Source of the DNA: a bacterium
Lineage (GTDB): Bacteria > Patescibacteriota > Minisyncoccia > UBA6257 > WO2-44-18
Reading direction: 5' to 3'
DNA: 64,000 nt
Assembly: GCA_030646995.1 (NCBI GenBank)
Contig: JAUSKF010000002.1
Span: 12,092 to 76,091 of the forward strand
Position numbers and translations under genes: made by a program. The first letter of the stretch is position 1, and every line of letters begins with the position of its first letter. Under the pieces are notes generated by a model that saw only the letters and a program-made list of their open reading frames with translations, made no database searches and was not told the DNA's origin. Shown here one piece after another: positions 57,009 through 64,000 of the stretch.

Positions 57009-57030
57009 TTTTTAGGTTAGAATTAACGAG

Positions 57031-57663
57031 ATGAATGATTTTGTAATTTCAGCTTTCCAACTCTTATCCCTAGTATTCTCCGTGATGATTCACGAAGTTT
57101 TACACGGTCTTATGGCACTAAAACTCGGCGATACCACTGCCAAAGATCAGGGGCGGTTGACCTTAAATCCTCTAAAACACATCGATCCCTTTGGCTCTGT
57201 CGTAGTGCCATTAGTGCTCCTCGTGACCGGTAGTCCGATATTGATTGGATGGGCAAAGCCGGTGATGTATAACCCCGCCAATATTAAAAATCCGAAAACC
57301 GGAGACCTGCTAATCAAGTTGGCCGGTCCGGCGAGCAATTTGGCCTTGGCAGTCGTTTTTGGTTTGATTCTACGTCTGCTTTTCCCTTTCGTGAATGTTC
57401 CAATTTTCGGCAGTCTGGTTATTTTTCTAAAAATCATAGTTGCTACTAATGTATCACTCGCTATATTTAATTTGGTTCCTCTGCCGCCGCTGGACGGCTC
57501 AAGTATCTTATTTGCGCTGATCCCGGACAAGTGGCACGCTCTCCAGGAATTTTTGACCAGACACGGCTTTTGGTTGCTTATAATCTTTATTTTCTTCGGT
57601 TTCCAATTAATTCTTCCTATTATAGGCAGCATCTACCTCCTACTGACGGGTCCGGCTGGATAG
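57031..57663 (+). CDS. Site-2 protease (M50 family)
   Basis: HEVLH, AGPASN, FNLVPLPPLDG. Confidence 0.94.
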   Translation: MNDFVISAFQLLSLVFSVMIHEVLHGLMALKLGDTTAKDQGRLTLNPLKHIDPFGSVVVPLVLLVTGSPILIGWAKPVMYNPANIKNPKTGDLLIKLAGPASNLALAVVFGLILRLLFPFVNVPIFGSLVIFLKIIVATNVSLAIFNLVPLPPLDGSSILFALIPDKWHALQEFLTRHGFWLLIIFIFFGFQLILPIIGSIYLLLTGPAG

Positions 57664-57712
57664 TTCTAAAATTTCTGATATAGTTTCGGCAGTTCTTGAT
57701 AAGGAGGACCTT

Positions 57713-57916
57713 ATGCAGCTCGCCGTGAAGATTGTGGGAACCATTTTTATTCTTGGAGTAATTCTCGGCGCCTTGCTCGGCTTCCTATGTATGCACACTA
57801 AGCCCGGCTCCAGACTGCAAAAATGCGCCTCTACATTCGGAAATATCAGCTTAGGAACGGCCGCCTTGAGTATGCTGACGATGCTAGCGCTAGTTGGCTT
57901 GAGCCTTTGGCTTTGA
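57713..57916 (+). CDS. Small two-TM hypothetical protein
   Basis: AAGGAGG RBS; terminator at 57928-57948. Confidence 0.6.
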   Translation: MQLAVKIVGTIFILGVILGALLGFLCMHTKPGSRLQKCASTFGNISLGTAALSMLTMLALVGLSLWL

Positions 57917-57946
57917 AGATGATTTCCAGCCCCTTTCGGGGCTTTT

Positions 57947-58027
57947 TTACCTGTTGCTTAAAATTTTCAATTCGCAGAAGCCGAAAATTTTTCCAGCAAC
58001 AGCAATCCTGAGCGCAGCGTAGGATTA
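57947..58027. repeat. 81-bp element family 1, copy D
   Basis: CTGTTGCT/AGCAACAG replaces CTACTGCT/AGCAGTAG. Confidence 0.88.
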
Positions 58028-58120
58028 CCTTAAAAATTATTATAATTGACTTTTCGGCTCTAGCGTGCTAAATTATCGCCAGTCAGTTGAGTTCTTCGAA
58101 AACCCAATAAGGAGCAGCCT

Positions 58121-58624
58121 GTGAGCGACGAAAATGATCCGAAGATCCGAAACAGCCAAGAAATTCCGCCAGACAAAGATTTTGATCTGGCGGCCGAGAA
58201 CGGCCGGCTCAAAGACAAGATCAAGGATATGGAGGCCGGGCTGAAGAACGGCGAGAAGATCGCTGGAGAACAGATCGCCACGCTGCGAAAAACCCTGAAT
58301 ACCAGAGAGAGCGCCAACTTCGGCCTCATCCTGGCGTTCGGCGCAACCTTGCTCGGACTTCTTGGCTGGTTCTCATACCTGAGCGCCGGAAATCATTATT
58401 TCGAAAAGCTGGCCAATGATGAGAGCGACGCTTGTAAGCTTGTGGAGACACAAAGAGATCGGGCCGAAGCCGAGGTTCGGGCTATCTCGGTAATCCACAC
58501 CGAAGACGGCTACATCAGCACGCAGGACCTCCTGCATCAGCTCAACGGCGCCACTCGTCCACTCCATGACCAGATCGAAAAGTTAGAAGCGGAAAAAGCC
58601 GAGTTGGAAAAGAAGCTAAAGTAA
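58121..58624 (+). CDS. Hypothetical coiled-coil single-TM protein
   Basis: TAAGGAG RBS, terminator at 58630-58654. Confidence 0.65.
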   Translation: MSDENDPKIRNSQEIPPDKDFDLAAENGRLKDKIKDMEAGLKNGEKIAGEQIATLRKTLNTRESANFGLILAFGATLLGLLGWFSYLSAGNHYFEKLANDESDACKLVETQRDRAEAEVRAISVIHTEDGYISTQDLLHQLNGATRPLHDQIEKLEAEKAELEKKLK

Positions 58625-58663
58625 AACCCAAGAGGACCAAAAGGTCCTCTTTTTATTTACCTT

Positions 58664-58693
58664 TTGACAAGGATGAGCCTGTTTTGCTATACT
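58664..58693 (+). promoter_or_regulatory. str operon promoter
   Basis: TTGACA-N18-TATACT with extended TG. Confidence 0.75.
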
Positions 58694-58711
58694 TCTTCCT
58701 ATTGAATTCAG

Positions 58712-59128
58712 ATGCCAACGATTAGACAATTAGTCAGATACGGCCGGAAAAAGACGGTCTACAAATCAAAGGCCATCGCGACCCAGCGTTATTTTAATTA
58801 TCTGAAAAATAAACCGTTGACCGTAGCCGCTCCGTTCAAGAGGGGAGTCTGCGTGAAAGTTTTCACTACCACTCCAAAGAAGCCGAACTCTGCTTTGCGT
58901 AAAGTTGCCCGCGTGCGCTTAACCAACGGCATGGAAGTCACCGCCTACATTCCGGGAGAAGGACACAACCTGCAGGAACACTCTATCGTGATGATTCGCG
59001 GTGGCCGTGTAAAAGATTTGCCGGGAGTCCGCTACCACATCGTCCGTGGAGTTTTGGATACCGTGGGAGTTGTTGCTCGAAATCAACAGCGTTCTAAATA
59101 TGGAGCCAAAAAGAAAAAGGCAGAGTAA
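58712..59128 (+). CDS. rpsL: 30S ribosomal protein S12
   Basis: [22 protein letters not shown]. Confidence 0.98.
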   Translation: MPTIRQLVRYGRKKTVYKSKAIATQRYFNYLKNKPLTVAAPFKRGVCVKVFTTTPKKPNSALRKVARVRLTNGMEVTAYIPGEGHNLQEHSIVMIRGGRVKDLPGVRYHIVRGVLDTVGVVARNQQRSKYGAKKKKAE

Positions 59129-59142
59129 AAAAATAAAAGAAC

Positions 59143-59610
59143 ATGCGTAGAAAAGTAAACTATAAAAGAGAAAAAGTAGCGGATATGAAATACAACAGCG
59201 TCGCTCTCGGACGCTTTATTAACTATGTAATGAAAGACGGCAAAAAATCGACCGCCCAAAGAGTTGTGTACGGAGCTTTCGCCATAATCAACAAAGAAAC
59301 TAAGGGTGAGCCTCTTCCGGTTTTTGAAAAGGCTTTAGAAAATGCCGCTCCGGCTGTGGAAGTAGCTTCCAAGCGCGTTGGTGGAGCCAACTATCAGGTG
59401 CCTCGCGAAGTCCGCGCCGACCGGAAATTCATTTTGGCCTGCCGCTGGATTATCGAAGGCGCCCGCAGCAAAAAAGGCAAACCGATGGCCGCTAAGTTAG
59501 CTGAAGAGCTTATGTTGACCGCGAAAAACGAAGGCAACGCGATTAAAAAGAAACAGGATATGCACAGAATGGCTGAAGCCAACCGCGCTTTTGCTCACTT
59601 CAGTTGGTAG
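59143..59610 (+). CDS. rpsG: 30S ribosomal protein S7
   Basis: DGKKS.A, RVGGANYQVP, MAEANRAFAH. Confidence 0.98.
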   Translation: MRRKVNYKREKVADMKYNSVALGRFINYVMKDGKKSTAQRVVYGAFAIINKETKGEPLPVFEKALENAAPAVEVASKRVGGANYQVPREVRADRKFILACRWIIEGARSKKGKPMAAKLAEELMLTAKNEGNAIKKKQDMHRMAEANRAFAHFSW

Positions 59611-59653
59611 CCTGAAAAGTTAATAAAGCTTCTAAAAAGAAACCTGAATAATG

Positions 59654-59696
59654 TTTAAATATTTAAACATTTAAATAATAAAGATATCCTACAATG
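59654..59696 (+). promoter_or_regulatory. 43-bp shared leader element (fusA copy)
   Basis: TTTAAATATTTAAACATTTAAATAATAAAGATATCCTACAATG. Confidence 0.8.
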
Positions 59697-61802
59697 GCAA
59701 GATTATATCCAGTTGAAAGAGTCCGAGACTTCGGAATTATTGCGCACATTGATGCAGGAAAGACTACTGTGTCCGAGCGGGTGCTTTTTTATACCGGCGT
59801 TTCCCACAAAATCGGTGAAGTGCACACCGGCGACACTGTTATGGACTGGATGGAGCAGGAGCGCGAGCGTGGCATCACTATTACCGCCGCCGCTACCACC
59901 GCTTTTTGGATTCCAAGCTATGCAAATGGCGACAAAACAAAAGAATATCGCTTCAACCTGATTGATACTCCCGGCCACATCGACTTTACAGTTGAGGTAA
60001 AGCGTTCTTTGCGTGTTTTGGACGGCGCAGTCGTGGTATTCGACGGCGTATCCGGCGTAGAACCGCAATCCGAAACCAACTGGCGCTATGCCGATGACTA
60101 CGGCGTACCGAGACTTTGCTTCATTAATAAATTGGATCGTATGGGAGCGAGCTTTGAAAATAGCTTGGCTTCGATTCGCGAGCGCTTAAACCCGAATGCA
60201 ATAGCCATTCAGTTGCCGATTGGCTTGGAGGCCGCCTTTGAGGGTCTGGTGGATTTAATCAAAATGAAGGCGTATAAGTTCGAGGGCGAGAAAGGTTCCG
60301 ATATCATAGAAATTGAAATTCCGGAAAATATGAAAGTGGAGGCTCTTAAGCGCCGAAAGGAATTGATTGAAAAGATTGTTGAACAGGACGATGCGTTGAT
60401 GGCTTTGTATCTCGACGGGCAGGAACCAAGCGTTGATGAACTAAAGCGCGTACTTCGCAAAGCTACTTTGGAATTGAAAATCGTGCCGGTCTTAACCGGT
60501 TCGGCTTTGAAAAACAAAGGCGTACAGCTGATGTTGGACGCGGTTGTGGATTATCTACCGTCTCCAGCCGACATTAAGCCGACCAAAGCTACCGACTTGA
60601 AAACTAATCAGGAAGTTTTTCGTAAACCGGACGACAAGGAACCGTTTACGGCGTTGGCTTTTAAAATCGCAACCGATCCTTTCGTGGGCAGCTTAACTTT
60701 TTTTCGAGTCTATTCCGGAACCCTCAAACGTGGAAGCTACATCCAAAACTCTAATAAGGGGACACAGGAACGCGTCGGCCGTATTTTAAAAATGCATGCC
60801 AACCAACGGGAAGAAATCGAAGAAATTTATGCCGGTGAAATCGGCGCTTTGGTAGGTATGAAAGCCACAACTACCGGTGATACACTTTGCGATCCTGAAT
60901 CAAATCCGGTAATGCTTGAGAAAATTATCTTCCCACAGCCGGTTATCGGCATCCGCATTGAGCCGAAAACAAAAGCTGACCAAGAAAAAATGGGTATGGC
61001 TTTGCATCGCTTAGCTGACGAAGATCCGACTTTCCGCGTGGCCGGCGATCCGGAAACAGGAGAGACCATCATTTCCGGTATGGGTGAGTTGCACTTGGAA
61101 ATTATTGTGGACCGTATGAAGCGCGAATTCGGCGTGGACGCCAACGTGGGCAGGCCACAAGTAGCTTATAAAGAAACCATTAAAGGAAAAGCTGAAGCCG
61201 AAGGTAAATACATCAAGCAGTCCGGCGGTAAGGGTCAGTACGGACACGTTTGGATTAAAATGGAGCCGCTGGAGCGTGGCAAGGGATTTGAATTCGTCGA
61301 TGAAACCAAAGGAGGTTCCGTTCCGAAAGAATTTATTAAGCCTGCGATGAAAGGTATCGAAGAAGCGATGGCCCGCGGTGTTGTGGCCGGCTTCCCGATG
61401 ATTGACGTGATGGTTACTCTTTTTGATGGTTCTTTCCACGAAGTAGACTCTTCGGAATCTGCTTTCAAAATCGCCGGCTCAATGGCTTTCCAGGAAGGCG
61501 CCAAGAAAGCGAAGGCGATTATGCTTGAGCCGATTATGAAAATACAGGTTTTGGCCCCGGCTAATTATTTGGGAGATATCACCGGAGATTTAAGCTCGAA
61601 ACGTGGTCAGATTAATGAAATGAGCGACCGAATGGGTGGCATTAAAGTTGTGGATGCTAAGGTTCCGCTTTCGGAAATGTTCGGCTACGCAACCAAACTT
61701 CGCTCTATGACGCAAGGCCGCGGAAACTTCACTATGGAATTCTCCAGCTATGAAGAAGTGCCGGCAAGCGTTGCGGCTTTGATCAAAGACCGAAAGAAAT
61801 AG
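59694..61802 (+). CDS. fusA: Elongation factor G
   Basis: [26 protein letters not shown]. Confidence 0.98.
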   Translation: MARLYPVERVRDFGIIAHIDAGKTTVSERVLFYTGVSHKIGEVHTGDTVMDWMEQERERGITITAAATTAFWIPSYANGDKTKEYRFNLIDTPGHIDFTVEVKRSLRVLDGAVVVFDGVSGVEPQSETNWRYADDYGVPRLCFINKLDRMGASFENSLASIRERLNPNAIAIQLPIGLEAAFEGLVDLIKMKAYKFEGEKGSDIIEIEIPENMKVEALKRRKELIEKIVEQDDALMALYLDGQEPSVDELKRVLRKATLELKIVPVLTGSALKNKGVQLMLDAVVDYLPSPADIKPTKATDLKTNQEVFRKPDDKEPFTALAFKIATDPFVGSLTFFRVYSGTLKRGSYIQNSNKGTQERVGRILKMHANQREEIEEIYAGEIGALVGMKATTTGDTLCDPESNPVMLEKIIFPQPVIGIRIEPKTKADQEKMGMALHRLADEDPTFRVAGDPETGETIISGMGELHLEIIVDRMKREFGVDANVGRPQVAYKETIKGKAEAEGKYIKQSGGKGQYGHVWIKMEPLERGKGFEFVDETKGGSVPKEFIKPAMKGIEEAMARGVVAGFPMIDVMVTLFDGSFHEVDSSESAFKIAGSMAFQEGAKKAKAIMLEPIMKIQVLAPANYLGDITGDLSSKRGQINEMSDRMGGIKVVDAKVPLSEMFGYATKLRSMTQGRGNFTMEFSSYEEVPASVAALIKDRKK

Positions 61803-61902
61803 CCCTTGACAGGGAGGGGAAGTTTTATATACAATCTGATATAACGTTTGTTAATAAAAACTTTAAGAAAAAGTCGTCGAAAACATAAAATAATAAAATA
61901 AA

Positions 61903-63102
61903 ATGGCAGAAAAAGAGAAATTCGTCAGGAACAAGCCTCACGTAAACGTCGGCACAATCGGACACGTCGATCACGGGAAAACTTCCCTGACCGCGGCTAT
62001 TACGCACGTCCTTTTCTTGAAGGGTTGGGCGAAGAAAGAAGAGAAAGTCGATGATATCGATAACGCACCGGAAGAAAAAGCCCGTGGTATCACTATCGCG
62101 TTGCACCACTCTGAATATGAGTCCGAGAAGCGTCACTATGCTCACATCGACGCTCCTGGTCACGCCGACTACATCAAAAACATGATTACCGGCGCCGCCC
62201 AGATGGACGGAGCAGTCTTGGTAGTTTCCGCCGCTGATGGACCTATGCCTCAAACTAGAGAGCACATCTTGCTTGCCCGCCAGGTCGGCGTGCCGGCTTT
62301 GGTTGTATTCTTGAACAAATGCGATATGGTGGACGATCCGGAATTGATTGACTTGGTTGAATCCGAAGTCCGCGAACTTTTGAAGAAATATGAATTCCCG
62401 GGTGACACAACCCCGGTCATTCGTGGTTCCGCTACCCTTGCTTTGGCCGCGAAAACTGCTGAAGATCCGGCCGCTAAGCCGATTCTGGACTTGATAAAGG
62501 CCCTGGATGAATTCATTCCTGACCCGATTCGCGATACTTCCAAGCCGTTCTTGATGCCAGTAGAAGACATCTTCTCGATTGAAGGCCGCGGTACTGTGGT
62601 TACCGGCCGTATCGAGCGTGGCATCGTAAAAGTAAACGAAGAAATCGAAGTCATCGGCTTGAAAGCGACTCAGAAAACCGTAGTTACTGGCATTGAAATG
62701 TTCAATAAATTATTGGACGAAGGCCAAGCCGGAGATAACGTAGGTATTTTGCTCCGTGGATTGAAAAAAGAAGATGTTGAGCGTGGTCAGGTGCTTGCCA
62801 AGCCGGGAACATCCAATCCGCACACCGAATTCGATGCCGAAATCTATGTATTAAGCAAAGAAGAAGGTGGCCGTCACACTCCTTTCTTTAAAGGCTACAA
62901 ACCTCAATTCTATATCCGCACGACCGACGTAACCGGCGATGTAACTTTGCCGGAGGGAATGGAAATGGTTATGCCTGGAGATACCGTAAAAATCGGCGTT
63001 AAGCTGATTGCTCCGGTCGCTCTTGAAGATAAGCAGAGGTTTGCTATCCGCGAAGGTGGCAAAACTGTAGGCGCTGGTGTAGTGTTGAAAATCACTAAAT
63101 AA
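61903..63102 (+). CDS. tuf: Elongation factor Tu
   Basis: [27 protein letters not shown]. Confidence 0.98.
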   Translation: MAEKEKFVRNKPHVNVGTIGHVDHGKTSLTAAITHVLFLKGWAKKEEKVDDIDNAPEEKARGITIALHHSEYESEKRHYAHIDAPGHADYIKNMITGAAQMDGAVLVVSAADGPMPQTREHILLARQVGVPALVVFLNKCDMVDDPELIDLVESEVRELLKKYEFPGDTTPVIRGSATLALAAKTAEDPAAKPILDLIKALDEFIPDPIRDTSKPFLMPVEDIFSIEGRGTVVTGRIERGIVKVNEEIEVIGLKATQKTVVTGIEMFNKLLDEGQAGDNVGILLRGLKKEDVERGQVLAKPGTSNPHTEFDAEIYVLSKEEGGRHTPFFKGYKPQFYIRTTDVTGDVTLPEGMEMVMPGDTVKIGVKLIAPVALEDKQRFAIREGGKTVGAGVVLKITK

Positions 63103-63129
63103 GCTACCTAGTACCGAGCACTTAGAAAT

Positions 63130-63462
63130 ATGGCAAAAGCAAAAATAAAGGAAGAACAGGAAAAATTGCGGCTTAGGATAAAGGCCTACGACAGCAAGCT
63201 GATTGATAATTCAGCCCGCCAGATCGTGGATACCGCTAAGCGTTTCGACGCGGAAGTGGTTGGCCCGATTCCTTTGCCTACGGAGATAAAAAAATATACC
63301 GTAAATCGCTCGACTTTCGTTCACAAAAATTCGAGAGAGCAATTTGAATTGAGAATCCATAAGCGCCTGATAGACATTCTGAATCCGAGTCAGGCGATCA
63401 TCGGATCACTGTCTCAATTGAACTTGCCTTCCGGAGTAGACATTGAGATAAAGATGATCTAA
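63130..63462 (+). CDS. rpsJ: 30S ribosomal protein S10
   Basis: [22 protein letters not shown]. Confidence 0.97.
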   Translation: MAKAKIKEEQEKLRLRIKAYDSKLIDNSARQIVDTAKRFDAEVVGPIPLPTEIKKYTVNRSTFVHKNSREQFELRIHKRLIDILNPSQAIIGSLSQLNLPSGVDIEIKMI

Positions 63463-63463
63463 T

Positions 63464-63500
63464 CAATCAAAAAACCGGGAAATCCCCGGTTTTTTGATTG
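63464..63500 (+). terminator. Strong terminator between rpsJ and rplC
   Basis: CAATCAAAAAACCGGG-AAATC-CCCGGTTTTTTGATTG. Confidence 0.85.
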
Positions 63501-63613
63501 CAAACACTAATCTCTAAACCCTAAATCCTAAGCCCGATCAAGGGGCTAGACATATTAATTAAAATAGGATAGAATTCTTCCTATCGCGTCTATCCAAACG
63601 GGAGCTCGAAAAA

Positions 63614-64000
63614 ATGGAAAAATTCAAAGGCAAAAAACTGAAAATGACTCAGGTCTACTCCGGCGACAAACTTATGCCGGTTACTCCGGTTAAAATTGAA
63701 TCCGGAGATTTAAGTTTGCTAAAAATCGGCGATCTCATAAAAGGAAGCGGCACGATGAAGGGAAGGGGATTCCAAGGCGTAGTTAAGCGTCATGGTTTCC
63801 ACGGCGGCCCGAAAACTCATGGTCAAAAGAACCGCCAGCGCGCCCCTGGTTCGATCGGCAACACTACTCCACAACGTGTTATTCCGGGAAGAAAAATGGC
63901 CGGTCACATGGGTACAACCCGAACCACTATGAGTGGTCTTACTGTTGTTGATATTAAAGTTGAAGAAAAAATTGTTTTAGTAAAAGGCGGCCTACCGGGC
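63614..64000 (+). CDS. rplC: 50S ribosomal protein L3 (partial at window edge; internally shortened)
   Basis: Own translation: [52 protein letters not shown]. Confidence 0.95.
   Translation, partial: MEKFKGKKLKMTQVYSGDKLMPVTPVKIESGDLSLLKIGDLIKGSGTMKGRGFQGVVKRHGFHGGPKTHGQKNRQRAPGSIGNTTPQRVIPGRKMAGHMGTTRTTMSGLTVVDIKVEEKIVLVKGGLPG

Noticed and set aside
59703-63095. Antisense and alternate-frame ORFs over fusA and tuf (similar ones over dnaK, groEL and the Cu ATPase)
   Set aside because: Shadow ORFs of conserved genes with no motifs or expression signals
1-64000. Alternative genetic code (TGA=Gly), diversity-generating retroelement, integron or prophage
   Set aside because: TGA ends intact genes (for example 29911 and 41777) and conserved genes are unbroken; no reverse transcriptase, integrase, attC array or phage structural genes; the holin-family gene is the housekeeping YvlD type

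Overview
64-kb chromosomal segment that looks like a Patescibacteria/CPR (Parcubacteria-type) genome. This is inferred from gene content and style: DUF5667-like proteins, a LAGLIDADG-like gene next to a tRNA, tRNA-Arg(GCG), compacted housekeeping proteins and the standard code (TGA is used as a stop). Housekeeping blocks are cysS-dnaB-recR, grpE-dnaK-dnaJ, secG, uvrC, ddl, groES-groEL and rpsL-rpsG-fusA-tuf-rpsJ-rplC. They alternate with single orphan genes, an ECF sigma/DUF5667 pair, a hydrolase-CPBP protease cluster, Cys-rich surface proteins and a copper ATPase-nirK cluster. Five tRNAs and one tRNA-like element are present. No CRISPR-Cas, integrase, transposase or reverse transcriptase gene was seen. 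The most unusual signal is non-coding: several families of short dispersed elements. (1) An 81-bp two-hairpin element in 4 copies with compensatory changes; one copy supplies the stop codon of a small GIY-YIG nuclease. (2) A ~140-nt multi-stem RNA-like element in 2 copies. (3) A 34-bp TACCA-N22-TGGTA site in 6 copies. (4) A 43-bp leader shared by recR, groEL and fusA. (5) 16-22-bp palindromes sitting inside uvrC, groEL and the other repeats. (6) A MITE at the bcp start. (7) A 194-bp structured insert at the tRNA-Arg 3' end. All protein family calls come from motif recognition by eye; no searches were run.
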